A DNA stretch of 64,000 nt. Origin: Neisseriales bacterium (GTDB lineage: Bacteria > Pseudomonadota > Gammaproteobacteria > Burkholderiales > Q3-R57-64). Below the pieces are notes generated by a model. That model worked only from the letters and a program-made list of their open reading frames with translations, was not told the DNA's origin and searched no databases. Made by a program: the position numbers and the translations under genes. Below, piece by piece: positions 40,601-50,417 of this stretch (positions are counted from its first letter, which is position 1; every line of letters starts with the position of its first letter). The DNA lies in NCBI GenBank assembly GCA_016699915.1, contig CP064990.1, positions 512,671 to 576,670 on the forward strand, given 5' to 3'.

Positions 40601-41096
40601 GCTAAGCGGGTTAGTGACAAATTTTCACACAAAAATGAGTGGTAGAGGCAAAATGGCCTTCATTCAATTGGAAGATTTAAGCGCAAAAATAGAAGTCATT
40701 GTTTATACTGAACTGTGGAATCAATGTCAAAATAAGGTTTTAGAAGACGAGCCATTGGTTATACGAGCCAAAATTAGTCAAGATGAATTCTCAAGTAATG
40801 TCAAGGTGATTGCTGAGGAATTGCTCAGCATCAGTGAAGCAAGGTGCCGTTTTGCGCATTATTTGAAACTAGATATTGGAAAACCGATAGATATGGCAAT
40901 ACTAAAAAATAACTTGTCAACATTTGTTGACCCACAAAATGGCAGTATCATTCATATTACTTTTTCTAACGATAGTGCTATGGGTGAGTATTATCTTAGT
41001 TCCAATTGGCGTGTCCGTTTAGAGGATAAGCTACTTGAATCGTTGTCTATCCTATTGGGCAAGCAAGCGGTACATATTATTTGGAAAACACAGTAA
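37650..41096 (+). CDS. dnaE: DNA polymerase III alpha subunit
   Basis: 1148 aa. PHP domain FVHLRLHTEFSISDG, GPGRGSGVGCLV, PDLDIDF, FNKSHSAAYA. Confidence 0.97.
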   Translation: MIDPVFVHLRLHTEFSISDGIVRIHEAVARASELAMPALGIADLMNLFGAIKFYKTCQDAGIKPIIACDVWLTNLARRQQPYRLLLIVKNHNGYKRLCELLTRTHIKNQYQGRPEIHPDWFLEGDNGGLICLSGIHNTDIAAFLKNGELEAAKQQTQHWAKLFPQSFYLEIQRIRDDTKELEQGILWIANQTGLPVVATHPIQFMQPEDFKAHEARVCITEGCKLNDKRRQQYFETNQYFLSTEAMQKRFDDLEVALYNSVEIAKRCNLTLPLGKHHLPNFDMPSGITLDNYFIQQTQEGLIKRLTELFPDSTVRQTQQAVFKERLQFEINTIIDMGFSGYFLIVADLINWAKNNQCPVGPGRGSGVGCLVSFCLGITEINPLAYGLLFERFLNPERMTTPDLDIDFCQENRYRVIEYVKERYGEKAVSQIATFGKLASKAVIRDVGRVMSLPYTFCDQLSKLIPYTANKQYTLDEAVENEPLLKERLDNEEETSELWDLAKKLEGLTRNVSMHAGGVLIAPSQLTDFCPLYQGSSHDAVPVSMYDKNDIEQIGLVKFDFLGLRNLTIIDLTIRYIQSFDPAFNVDLNKLPFTDPATYKTFQRANTTAVFQVESEGMKRLLEKLKPDRFEDIIAVLALHRPGPLGSGMIDDFILRKKGKQRINYFHDDLKSCLEPTYGVILYQEQVMQISQIIGGYTLEGADILCRIMSKKKQEAMDKHRITFIEGAKQKNYSIKLTEQLFDLMAKFAEYGFNKSHSAAYAVIAYQTAWLKTHYCAAFMAATMSLESHNTDQLKILYDDARRNRLDFLPLDINESVYYFVPINDTQIRYGFSAVKGVGRTAAEKIISERKKHGAFTSLLDFCKKVDRQHLNKGAIEALICAGAFDAIEKNRALLFRNIELAMNFGEHERINIQQGKLFSDMHATQATIKMITYPDWSDKEKLVREKNALGFYYSGHPFTAYITDICHFTDSKLSQITPQNETKWLSGLVTNFHTKMSGRGKMAFIQLEDLSAKIEVIVYTELWNQCQNKVLEDEPLVIRAKISQDEFSSNVKVIAEELLSISEARCRFAHYLKLDIGKPIDMAILKNNLSTFVDPQNGSIIHITFSNDSAMGEYYLSSNWRVRLEDKLLESLSILLGKQAVHIIWKTQ

Positions 41097-41202
41097 GTCA
41101 ACAGTAAAACACATAGTGTCCGCTTCAAAATTAGTCATAATGTAGCAAAATAAATTAAAGATTTGAAGGTAAATATTCATCAATTTATGGGATAAATTAC
41201 TC

Positions 41203-41712
41203 TTGAAAAGAGCGGTATATGCGGGTAGTTTTGATCCGCCAACTAATGGTCACCTGTGGATGATCCAAGCTTCCGCTGAACTCTTTGATGAAGTCATTGT
41301 AGCAGTTGGCGATAATCCAGAAAAACAAAGCACTTTTAGTCAGCAAGAGCGTGTGATGATGCTCAAAACAGCTATTTTTGGCATGGATAAAGTCCGCGTT
41401 GAAACTTTTTTGCATACATTTTTAGTAGATTATGCTAAAGCAATATCGGCAAATTATATTTTGCGCGGCGTTCGCAGTGCAGCAGACTACGAATATGAAC
41501 GTATCATGCGTTATATCAATGCCGATTTATACCCAACTATCACAACTGTATTTTTAATACCACCACGCGAATATGCTGAAATTTCCTCCACCATGGTTAA
41601 AAATTTAATCGGCCCAAAGGGTTGGGAGGCAATTGTGCGTCAATATTTACCCAAGACAGTGTACCAAGCCATACTGCAATACTATAAAAATAGATCAAGC
41701 GTCGTAAAATGA
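41203..41712 (+). CDS. coaD: Phosphopantetheine adenylyltransferase
   Basis: (TTG) KRAVYAGSFDPPTNGHLWMI, ISSTMVKNL. Confidence 0.85.
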   Translation: MKRAVYAGSFDPPTNGHLWMIQASAELFDEVIVAVGDNPEKQSTFSQQERVMMLKTAIFGMDKVRVETFLHTFLVDYAKAISANYILRGVRSAADYEYERIMRYINADLYPTITTVFLIPPREYAEISSTMVKNLIGPKGWEAIVRQYLPKTVYQAILQYYKNRSSVVK

Positions 41713-41735
41713 GTATATATATCTAGGGAGGAGCT

Positions 41736-42023
41736 ATGGATCTTAAACTAATTGGACCGCATCTTGAAATCACGCCAGCACTACAGGAATATGCGAACAC
41801 TAAATTTCAGCGCATTGCCCGCCATACCGAGTCAGCGATCTCGATAACGGTTACCTTATCTACTGATAAAACGGTTCATCAGGCTTACGCAGATTTACAT
41901 GTTGCTGGCAAATCCATACATGGGGAAGCATCGCATAAAGATATGTATGCTGCTATTGATTTATTGGTCGATAAACTGATTCGCTTATTCATTAAAAATA
42001 AAGAAAAAAGTTGCACGCTATAA
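41736..42023 (+). CDS. hpf: Ribosome hibernation promoting factor (short HPF/RaiA family)
   Basis: 95 aa. LEITPALQEYANTKFQRIARH...DMYAAIDLLVDKL; precedes rapZ as in the rpoN operon. Confidence 0.85.
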   Translation: MDLKLIGPHLEITPALQEYANTKFQRIARHTESAISITVTLSTDKTVHQAYADLHVAGKSIHGEASHKDMYAAIDLLVDKLIRLFIKNKEKSCTL

Positions 42024-42105
42024 GTCACCTCATCATTTTTCTTAAGCAAAATAAACAACAAGGTTGCGCGCTATATTTAAGCGATATATTGATTGGATGT
42101 GACTC

Positions 42106-42960
42106 ATGAAACTAGTATTGGTCAGTGGTTTATCAGGCTCCGGTAAATCTGTTGCTTTACATACTTTAGAAGATATTGGCTATAGTTGTGTTGATAATTT
42201 ACCCGTCATTATGCTGGCAGATTTCGTCGCTTTATATCAAAAATTATCGTATCAGCAAGTTGCTATTGGCATTGACACGCGCTCTTTACCCAATGTTTCA
42301 GAGCTATCTGATAGCATCCATAAACTTACTATGTCAAACATTGAAACTTATCTTATTTTTTTAGAAGCAAGGGATGATATTTTGATACAACGTTTTGCTG
42401 AAACCAGGCGTAGCCACCCTTTTTCCCGCCATGAACGCACTATTGAAGAGGCTATTCAGTATGAAAGAGCCTTATTGGCGGATATGAGTGCGTTAAGCCA
42501 CCAAATTGATACGAGCTTATTGTCTATTTATGCTCTGCAACAACTAATTTTGCAGTGTATTACATATACCGCTTCGCCTATTGGGCTATTATTTGAGTCA
42601 TTTGGTTTTAAATATGGTATGCCATTGGATGCCGATTTTATTTTTGATGTACGCTGTTTACCGAGCCCGCACCATATCAAAGCCTTACAAGATTATACGG
42701 GATTGGAATCGCCTATTATTGATTATTTTTCAGATGAAGCGCTTGCTAACACAATGGTTGATGATATTGCGCACCATATTCAAAAATGGTTACCACACTT
42801 TATTCAAAGTACGCGTAGTTACCTTAATATTGCCATCGGTTGTACAGGTGGCAAACACCGTTCCGTTTATGTTGCCGAAGCATTAGCAAAACAGTTTGCG
42901 CACTACTTGCCACTTGTCAGACATAGACAATTGTTACTTCATCAACCCTGTGCATTGTAG
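42106..42960 (+). CDS. rapZ: RNase adapter protein RapZ (YhbJ)
   Basis: MKLVLVSGLSGSGKSVALHTLEDIGYSCVDNLP, IGCTGGKHRSV. Confidence 0.9.
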   Translation: MKLVLVSGLSGSGKSVALHTLEDIGYSCVDNLPVIMLADFVALYQKLSYQQVAIGIDTRSLPNVSELSDSIHKLTMSNIETYLIFLEARDDILIQRFAETRRSHPFSRHERTIEEAIQYERALLADMSALSHQIDTSLLSIYALQQLILQCITYTASPIGLLFESFGFKYGMPLDADFIFDVRCLPSPHHIKALQDYTGLESPIIDYFSDEALANTMVDDIAHHIQKWLPHFIQSTRSYLNIAIGCTGGKHRSVYVAEALAKQFAHYLPLVRHRQLLLHQPCAL

Positions 42961-42972
42961 CAATGCTAATTC

Positions 42973-43914
42973 ATGTTACCTTCCATTGGCTGCATTATCG
43001 GACCTACTGCAAGCGGCAAAAGTCAATTAGCGCTACATCTTGCAGCATGCTACGACGCTGAAATTATTAGTGTTGATTCAGCGTTAATTTATCGACATAT
43101 GAATATCGGGTCTGCTAAACCTTCTCTAGAAGAACGCCAACAAATCCCGCACCATTTAATTGACATTATTAATCCAACTGACCGCTATTCTGCTGCAAAC
43201 TTTTGTACTGATGCCACAAAACACATCACTCGTATCATGGCCAAAGGTAAAATGCCATTATTGGTCGGTGGTACTATGCTTTACATTTACGCACTTGAAG
43301 TTGGGCTGTCACACTTACCTTGCGCTGATTTAACTTTACGCGCTCAATTGGATGAGGAAGCACAATTAAAAGGTTGGCCTGCCCTACATAAGCAACTTCA
43401 AGCCATTGATCCAATTGCAGCGTCACGCATTGCACCATACGATAAACAACGTATCCAAAGGGCTTTGGAGATATTTTTGCTCTCTGGTCATCCACTTACC
43501 ACTTTACTTAAAAAAAAATCCACGCCATCTTCTTTTAAATTACTCAAAATGGCGCTTGTTCCTGCTGAACGTGCTTGGTTGCGCGATCGCATTACGCATC
43601 GTTTCCGACATATGCTTAACATGGGTCTCGTTGAAGAAGTCAAAACATTACGCACCCGTTTCCCAAACTTAACCCCAGCATTACCTGCCATCAGAACAGT
43701 GGGTTATCGGCAAGCATGGCAATATCTTGACAATCAAATTAATTACGATACCTTTGTTACGCAGGCAATCACTGCTACGCACCAATTAGCTAAACGACAA
43801 TTAACTTGGTTAAATAAGCTTCAAAACCTAACTTTATTGAACTGCCAAGATAAAAATCAGTTACCAGCACTGGCTGAAAAATGGTTTAGGCAGCATATCC
43901 TGCCTATATCTTAG
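42973..43914 (+). CDS. miaA: tRNA dimethylallyltransferase
   Basis: GPTASGKSQLALHLA, ISVDSALIYRHMNIGSAKP, HHLIDI, VGGTMLY. Confidence 0.93.
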   Translation: MLPSIGCIIGPTASGKSQLALHLAACYDAEIISVDSALIYRHMNIGSAKPSLEERQQIPHHLIDIINPTDRYSAANFCTDATKHITRIMAKGKMPLLVGGTMLYIYALEVGLSHLPCADLTLRAQLDEEAQLKGWPALHKQLQAIDPIAASRIAPYDKQRIQRALEIFLLSGHPLTTLLKKKSTPSSFKLLKMALVPAERAWLRDRITHRFRHMLNMGLVEEVKTLRTRFPNLTPALPAIRTVGYRQAWQYLDNQINYDTFVTQAITATHQLAKRQLTWLNKLQNLTLLNCQDKNQLPALAEKWFRQHILPIS

Positions 43915-43998
43915 ACGGTATAAACGTTTTGTTGCATTATATTAAATACTAGGTTCGTTTATAATCAATATTATTGAATTGACTTGGTGAATCATTTT

Positions 43999-44595
43999 AT
44001 GAAACCCATTGCCTCACTGGATCGGTTGGTTCATGCCTTAAAAATATTACCCAGTGTTGGGTCCAAATCAGCGCAACGTATGGCTTTTCATTTGTTGCAG
44101 CATGATAAGTTGGGCGCTCAAAAACTAGCGCTTGCTATCCATGAAGCACTTGATAAAGTCAAGCACTGTGAAGCTTGCAATACGTTTAGCGAACAAACAC
44201 TCTGTCCAATTTGTATTGATGACACAAGGCAAAAAGATATATTAATGGTGGTTGAGATGCCAACCAACCTTGCTTACATTGAGCAAACTGGTTGCTACAA
44301 CGGATTATATTTTGTATTGATGGGTAGACTATCTCCCTTGGAAGGCATTGGGTTACATGATATTGCTCTGACTAAATTAGTAGAGCGCGCCTCAAAGCAA
44401 TCCTTCAAAGAAATTATTATCGCAACAAATTTTACAGCTGAAGGTGAAGCCACCGCTCATATCATTTCAACATTACTCAAACCACATAAACTATCCCTAA
44501 GTCGCATTGCGAGAGGTATTCCGGTAGGCGGAGAAATTGAATATATTGATCAAGGCACTCTCGCTCAAGCAATCCATGAAAGACGATTGCTATAA
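43999..44595 (+). CDS. recR: Recombination protein RecR
   Basis: LPSVGSKSAQRMAFHLL (HhH), C4 zinc finger CEACNTFSEQTLCPIC, Toprim. ATG 43999 (track TTG 43984). Confidence 0.93.
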   Translation: MKPIASLDRLVHALKILPSVGSKSAQRMAFHLLQHDKLGAQKLALAIHEALDKVKHCEACNTFSEQTLCPICIDDTRQKDILMVVEMPTNLAYIEQTGCYNGLYFVLMGRLSPLEGIGLHDIALTKLVERASKQSFKEIIIATNFTAEGEATAHIISTLLKPHKLSLSRIARGIPVGGEIEYIDQGTLAQAIHERRLL

Positions 44596-44606
44596 ACTAG
44601 ATCACT

Positions 44607-45386
44607 TTATGATGCTTTGATGCTTGGCTTACCGAGTGCAATAAAGGCTTTATTGGGTGGCTTGGCATTATCAATTAACTGTGCAAGCGATGTATCATAT
44701 AGCGCTTCGAGCTTTTTAAGATGCATTACCTCAGCAGTATGCCCTAATACATGTAATGTTGAGTGTGCCATAAGACCTACTTTGTCAGCATGACGTAATG
44801 CCAAATTCAGGTCATGCAATACAACCAATACGGCGATATCAAACTGACGAACAATATCTCTTATCAAGGTTAAAACAGCGTCAGCCACGCCAATATCTAA
44901 CGAAGCGGTTGGTTCGTCCAGTAAAAGATAACGCTCTTCAGTGGCTTGGGTAAGCAATTGAACTAATGCGCGAGCTAGCAAAACACGCTGTATTTCACCA
45001 CCTGAAAGCGTTTCACTATTTCTAGACATTAAATCTTGGATGCGAATCAATGATACTGCTTGATCAATAGCGTCTTTTTCACCATGCCGATAAGCGCCCA
45101 TCTCAACAATAGCGCTAACTTTAAAACCAGAGGGCAATACAGGACGCTGCTCAAGCACCGCACGCCTTTTAGCAAGCTGCTTTGCTGAAAAATAAGACAG
45201 CGGTTCACCATCTAGCAGTGCTTCACCGACATCAGGTTTTTCAAGACCAGATAAAAGGGACAGTACACTACTTTTACCTGCTCCATTCGGCCCTAACAAT
45301 ACTACCAGTTCATTTTTCTGAAGTGATAAAGTCACATTTTTGACGCGATTTTTGAGCGAAACATTAGTCAGCGAGAGCATTAACAT
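44607..45386 (-). CDS. ABC transporter ATP-binding protein (iron-chelate/heme/B12 FecE-HmuV-BtuD type)
   Basis: GPNGAGKSSVL, LSGGEIQRVLLARAL, LLLDEPTASLD. Start at ATG 45386, overlapping the permease stop. Confidence 0.8.
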   Translation of the reverse strand: MLMLSLTNVSLKNRVKNVTLSLQKNELVVLLGPNGAGKSSVLSLLSGLEKPDVGEALLDGEPLSYFSAKQLAKRRAVLEQRPVLPSGFKVSAIVEMGAYRHGEKDAIDQAVSLIRIQDLMSRNSETLSGGEIQRVLLARALVQLLTQATEERYLLLDEPTASLDIGVADAVLTLIRDIVRQFDIAVLVVLHDLNLALRHADKVGLMAHSTLHVLGHTAEVMHLKKLEALYDTSLAQLIDNAKPPNKAFIALGKPSIKAS

Positions 45387-46320
45387 TCCTACGCTGTATA
45401 CGAAGCATGTGCCATAAAAAAAATGGCACACCAGTTAAGCTAGTGATCACACCAACTGGTAGCTCAACAGGATAAATAGCTAAACGCGCAATGAGATCAG
45501 CACTACCAGTAAGCAGTGCACCAATCAGCGGGGATACAAATAAAATACGTTTTGCGTCGCCACCAATCGCAATACGACATAAATGGGGAGCCATCAGACC
45601 AATAAAGCCGATTATGCCACATTGCGATACAACAAGTGCTGTGGATAACGTCGCCAAAACCAGTGCACTAAAACGCCATTTTAGTAGAGCATAGCCCGAA
45701 TAAAATACTGCATGCTCACCCAATTGCAATAAGTTTAAATAACGCCAATGCTGCCATAAAAAAAACCAAATCACAGGTAAGGCAAGCAATAGTGATAAAG
45801 CGGTGGACCAATTACTGGCTGAAAAACTACCCATCAGCCAAAACGTCACACTTTGCAAAGGACCATTAGGTAATATGGTCATCAATAGCATTAAAAAACT
45901 ACCCGTTAATGCGTTCACCGCAACACCAGCCAAAATCAAGTGTGTGGACTGATACGCTGCACCAGCTAGAAACCACACCATTAATAGTGCAACAGCTGCA
46001 CCAGTAAACGAAATTATCGACACCATAAACGGTAAGGCGCCAAGATGTAATGCTAAGGCCGCAAATAAAGCAGCGCCACCCGAAACACCAATTAATCCAG
46101 GTTCCGCCAGAGTATTACGAAACTGGTATTGTACTGTTGCGCCAGCACAGGCCAGTAAGCCGCCAGAAGCAAAAGCGGCAATCGTTCGCGGTAAACGAAG
46201 TTGCATAATAATCTGTGGGGTATCCCAATATAGCCAACCCTCTACGCCATCTAGAAAAATGCTCGCCACAAATACAACCAGTAAGGCAACGCCAATAAAT
46301 ACTAAGCGATAAATAGACAT
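45364..46320 (-). CDS. FecCD/BtuC-family ABC permease
   Basis: 318 aa polytopic protein. LRLPRTIAAFASGGLLACAGATVQ and PVGVITSLTGVPFFLW motifs. Confidence 0.8.
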   Translation of the reverse strand: MSIYRLVFIGVALLVVFVASIFLDGVEGWLYWDTPQIIMQLRLPRTIAAFASGGLLACAGATVQYQFRNTLAEPGLIGVSGGAALFAALALHLGALPFMVSIISFTGAAVALLMVWFLAGAAYQSTHLILAGVAVNALTGSFLMLLMTILPNGPLQSVTFWLMGSFSASNWSTALSLLLALPVIWFFLWQHWRYLNLLQLGEHAVFYSGYALLKWRFSALVLATLSTALVVSQCGIIGFIGLMAPHLCRIAIGGDAKRILFVSPLIGALLTGSADLIARLAIYPVELPVGVITSLTGVPFFLWHMLRIQRRNVNALAD

Positions 46321-46329
46321 AGGGTTACA

Positions 46330-47127
46330 TTAATCAATCACATCTTGCATGCTATATAGACCAACTGGATGATTAGCTATCCAGCACGCAGCGCGTAGCG
46401 CGCCCTTTACCAAGGCTTGGCGGTTATGTGCTTTATGGATTATTTCAATCCGTTCAGCTTCTCCTACAAACCATACAGCGTGCTCACCGATAATATCACC
46501 TGCCCTGATAGAAGAAAAAGCAATGGCTTGAGGATCACGCTCCCGATGCAAGGATTGTTGATCATACACCGCACACTGATCTAAATCACGTCCTAAAGCC
46601 TCTGCAATCACTTTACCCATTTCTAAGGCAGTTCCAGATGGCGCATCAATCTTATGTTGATGGTGAGCTTCAATAATTTCCACTGCATAGTCATCTTTTA
46701 ACATGTGAGCTGATGCAGCCAACAGTTTTAGCATAACGTTAACGCCAATACTAAAGTTAGGCGAATAAACCATACCAATTTGTTGAGCAGCTTGCAATAA
46801 AGCCTGTTTTTCTAATGGAGTTAATCCCGTCGTTCCAATCACCATCGGCACCTTTAACTGCTCGCATACTTTGACATATTGAATTGTTGCAGCGGGCGAT
46901 GTAAAGTCAATCAACACATCCGTATGGGTCAGAGCTTTATCTATGTCATCAGAAATAGTCAACTTGCTTGAAGTATTCAATAGCTTTGACAATGGTTGAC
47001 CAATAAGGGAACTTTCCGATTTTTCCAGCGCAGCACAGAGTACTAAATCAGTCGTTGACAAGATAGCCGCTGTTAAAGCACGCCCCATACGACCACCTGC
47101 ACCTGTTACCGCTAATCGTAAGGCCAT
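46330..47127 (-). CDS. dapB: 4-hydroxy-tetrahydrodipicolinate reductase
   Basis: LAVTGAGGRMG, EAHHQHKIDAPSGTA. Confidence 0.93.
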   Translation of the reverse strand: MALRLAVTGAGGRMGRALTAAILSTTDLVLCAALEKSESSLIGQPLSKLLNTSSKLTISDDIDKALTHTDVLIDFTSPAATIQYVKVCEQLKVPMVIGTTGLTPLEKQALLQAAQQIGMVYSPNFSIGVNVMLKLLAASAHMLKDDYAVEIIEAHHQHKIDAPSGTALEMGKVIAEALGRDLDQCAVYDQQSLHRERDPQAIAFSSIRAGDIIGEHAVWFVGEAERIEIIHKAHNRQALVKGALRAACWIANHPVGLYSMQDVID

Positions 47128-47179
47128 ACTTTACACTCCATTAACCATAAATAATTCATGAATATCCAAATATATCAAC

Positions 47180-47542
47180 CTATTTGGGCAGTAAAATTTT
47201 CGTTTTAAACGGTATGGATACAGAATGTTCAACACTTTTTAGCGCATTATCCGCAAAATAAATAACCATGCACCACTGCTCAGCAATTTTGCCGCCTTGC
47301 GCTACTGTATATTGGTAAATCCAGCGATCAGCATGTAACGCATCCGCCAACATGGGTGTTCCCAATAAATTACGCACCTGTTCAGATGTCATCCCTACTT
47401 TCAGCTGATCCAGTTGTGCCGGGGTAATAACATGTCCCTGTAAGACGACAGGTCTATAATAAATAGAAGCTCGAACATCGTAACTAAACGATGTGCAAAC
47501 ACTTAACATCCCCATCATAAATAAAAGCAATATACGTGCCAT
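47180..47542 (-). CDS. bamE: Outer membrane protein assembly factor BamE (SmpA/OmlA lipoprotein)
   Basis: MARILLLFMMGMLSVC lipobox. ITPAQLDQLKVGMTSEQVRNLLGTP motif. Start trimmed to ATG 47542. Confidence 0.8.
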   Translation of the reverse strand: MARILLLFMMGMLSVCTSFSYDVRASIYYRPVVLQGHVITPAQLDQLKVGMTSEQVRNLLGTPMLADALHADRWIYQYTVAQGGKIAEQWCMVIYFADNALKSVEHSVSIPFKTKILLPK

Positions 47543-47610
47543 TTTTATCAATCCCCAACCCATCATTGACAGAGTCATTCATTATACACGCACCAATATA
47601 AGTGTTACGG

Positions 47611-48066
47611 TTAGTCTCTTTGCTTCATTTTCTCAATTGTTTCGGTAAATTCATCCACATCTTGAAAACTTTTATATACTGACGCAAAGCGCACATAGGC
47701 TACTTTATCAAGCTTGGTTAACTCTCTCATAACCATCTCTCCTAATTGACGAGAAGGCACTTCGCGCTCGCCCAATTGCAGTAGAATATTGCGAATCGCA
47801 ACGACTGCATGGTCAACTGCCTCAATAGGTACAGGACGTTTATGCAAAGCTCGAAAAAAACTGGTTCTGAGCTTTTCAACATTAAAAGCTGAACGACGCC
47901 CATCATTTTTAATGATATGGGGCATATGTAATTCAGCAGCCTCAAAAGTGGTAAAACGTTTCTTACAAGCTAAGCAACGGCGGCGGCGGCGGATCTGGTA
48001 GCCATTCTCACTCATGCGCGAGTCCGTCACTTGTGTATCGCTATGACCGCAAAAGGAACATCTCAT
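47611..48066 (-). CDS. nrdR: Transcriptional repressor NrdR
   Basis: [17 protein letters not shown]...[12 protein letters not shown] zinc ribbon plus ATP-cone. Confidence 0.95.
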   Translation of the reverse strand: MRCSFCGHSDTQVTDSRMSENGYQIRRRRRCLACKKRFTTFEAAELHMPHIIKNDGRRSAFNVEKLRTSFFRALHKRPVPIEAVDHAVVAIRNILLQLGEREVPSRQLGEMVMRELTKLDKVAYVRFASVYKSFQDVDEFTETIEKMKQRD

Positions 48067-48138
48067 CTTTATTCCTTTTCAAGTAAACTAGGTATTCAAT
48101 ATAGCTCACAGGTTAATAAGGCTTAGAGTCTATCTTAC

Positions 48139-49683
48139 CTAAAATAAACAAAACAACCCAATTGTAGACAAAATTAAAATCGTTACGATCAACAATCGAT
48201 TCTGTTTTTGCGTCTCACGCAGCGTATGCTGTAAAAATAGTTGCGTTTGCATTGCTTGATCATTGCGTGAAAGCCATTCATACATTTTCTTTGGCATAGC
48301 AGGTAATATATTGACCCAGTCAGGCATTTCTTTATGTAACCTCTTTAAAAATCCACGCCAACCAACTTGCTCTTTCATCCATTGCGCAAGAAAAGGTTGC
48401 GCAATTGCCCATATATTGAGCATGGGATCCAATTCTCGCCCCAAACTTTCAACATACATAAGAGTTTTTTGTAGAAGAATCAGTTGGGGTTGAATATTAA
48501 TTTTAAAGGTTCGACTTACTTCAAATAATTGCATAAGTAAGTCGCCAAACGAGATACGTGATAATGGTTTTTGGAAAATCGGTTCACATACTGACCGAAT
48601 GGCTGATTCGAAAGCATTAATATGACCATCATCTGGCATCCAACCGCATTCTATATGCGCCGTTGCAACACGATGGTAATCACGGTTAAATAGCGCAAGA
48701 AAGTTCAGCGCTAAATAGTATTTATCATGCTCACTCAGCGTACCAATAATGCCACAATCTAGCACAATATATTGTCCTTGATCGTTAACCAATAAATTAC
48801 CCGGATGCATATCGGCATGGAAAAAACCATGCTTGAACACTTGTGTAAAAAAAATGGTGACCGCAACATGTGCTAGCGCTACTGGATCGATATGTTTTTT
48901 GCGTAGAACAGTTTTATCTAATATGGGCATACCTTGCATCCACTGCATGGTCAGCACTGTTTTACTGCAATAATCAAAATAAACTTCAGGTACCAGTAGT
49001 AGCGGGTCTTCATTGGAGAAATTATGTTTCAATTGGCTGGTATTGGCAGCCTCTTGCATCAAATTCAATTCGCTATGTAATGATTGATCAAATTCCACTA
49101 TAATTTCGCGTATATGCAAGCGCGAAGCGTGTGGTAAAATACGATTGAGTATTTTAGCCAGCCAATAAAATAACGCTAAGTCTTGTTCGATAATCGTTTG
49201 AATATTTGGACGCAATATTTTAACGGCTACTTCTTGGCCACGTTGTCCGTTAGCATTACGTAACCAAGCATGGTGTACCTGCGCAACAGAGGCGCTGGCA
49301 ATTGGAATTGGGTCAAAATCCATATAAAGGGCTTTGATTTCGCGCTTGAACGCCTCTTGAATCTGCCGATAAACTAATTGCTCGGAAAATGGTAAGACCT
49401 GATCTTGTAATAACTTAAGTGACTGAATATATTCATAAGGTAGTAAATCGGGACGGATAGAAAGTAATTGGCCAAATTTCACAAAAATTGGCCCCAAACA
49501 TTCTAGAGCCAGCCTCACCCTCTCCCATAAAGGTTTATTCGATAATTGCCCAGGGAGATAGCGCATCCATTTTAATAGCTTAGACTTGGGTCTCCAAAAA
49601 CTAAGTAGATCCAATAAACCAAATCGATAACCCGTCCAAAAAATTTGCCCAAGGCGAAATAACCGACTTTGGTTCAATCGCAT
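48139..49683 (-). CDS. ubiB: Ubiquinone biosynthesis protein kinase UbiB (AarF/ABC1 family)
   Basis: LGPIFVKFGQLLSIRPDLLP, ASASVAQVHHA, HADMHPGNLLV; C-terminal TM. Confidence 0.9.
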   Translation of the reverse strand: MRLNQSRLFRLGQIFWTGYRFGLLDLLSFWRPKSKLLKWMRYLPGQLSNKPLWERVRLALECLGPIFVKFGQLLSIRPDLLPYEYIQSLKLLQDQVLPFSEQLVYRQIQEAFKREIKALYMDFDPIPIASASVAQVHHAWLRNANGQRGQEVAVKILRPNIQTIIEQDLALFYWLAKILNRILPHASRLHIREIIVEFDQSLHSELNLMQEAANTSQLKHNFSNEDPLLLVPEVYFDYCSKTVLTMQWMQGMPILDKTVLRKKHIDPVALAHVAVTIFFTQVFKHGFFHADMHPGNLLVNDQGQYIVLDCGIIGTLSEHDKYYLALNFLALFNRDYHRVATAHIECGWMPDDGHINAFESAIRSVCEPIFQKPLSRISFGDLLMQLFEVSRTFKINIQPQLILLQKTLMYVESLGRELDPMLNIWAIAQPFLAQWMKEQVGWRGFLKRLHKEMPDWVNILPAMPKKMYEWLSRNDQAMQTQLFLQHTLRETQKQNRLLIVTILILSTIGLFCLF

Positions 49684-50417
49684 CGCTTAAACCCTTTATG
49701 TAAAGCAACAATACCAGCACTTAAATTAAAATAACTAACTTGGCAAAATCCTGCTTGAATCATCATCTCTTTAATCATATTTTGATCAGGATGAACCGAA
49801 ATAGATTCTCCTAAATAACGATAACTGGCCTGATCATTTGCAATCCACTTGCCCAATAATGGTAAGGCTTTTAAGGTATAAAATTGATATAGTTTAAAAA
49901 AAGATCGGTGTACTTTAGAAAATTCTAAGATAATAAGTCGCCCTTTTGGTTTGAGCACGCGATACATTTCTTTTAAAGCTTGATCTTGTCTTGTCATATT
50001 GCGTAAACCAAAAGCGATAACAATACAGTCAAAATAGTTATTTTGAAAAGGTACTGCCTCAGCATCAGCATTAACAAGCGGAACAATTAAGCCTTTGTTT
50101 AACAGGCGATTACGACCAATATGTAGCATAGAGCAATTAATGTCTGCACACCACAACTCCCCTTTTTTTGAAAGTTTTTTTGAAAGATGAATCGCTAAAT
50201 CACCGGTGCCGCTTGCCATATCTAAAATACGGTCTTCTGGCCGAATCATGGCAATTGTTACAGTAAACCGTTTCCATAATCGATGCAGCCCACCTGACAT
50301 TACATCATTCATCAGATCATATTTTGCAGATACTTGATGAAATACCTTCGCGACTTGTTCATTTTTGTCGCACTCATCAATTTGCTGAAAGCCAAAATGA
50401 GTTTTTTTGTATGCCAT
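49674..50417 (-). CDS. ubiE: Ubiquinone/menaquinone C-methyltransferase UbiE
   Basis: THFGFQQI...VFHQVSAKYDLMNDVMSGGLHRLWK, DMASGTGDLA. ATG 50417 is preferred over the track TTG 50444. The stop overlaps the ubiB start by 10 nt. Confidence 0.9.
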   Translation of the reverse strand: MAYKKTHFGFQQIDECDKNEQVAKVFHQVSAKYDLMNDVMSGGLHRLWKRFTVTIAMIRPEDRILDMASGTGDLAIHLSKKLSKKGELWCADINCSMLHIGRNRLLNKGLIVPLVNADAEAVPFQNNYFDCIVIAFGLRNMTRQDQALKEMYRVLKPKGRLIILEFSKVHRSFFKLYQFYTLKALPLLGKWIANDQASYRYLGESISVHPDQNMIKEMMIQAGFCQVSYFNLSAGIVALHKGFKRCD

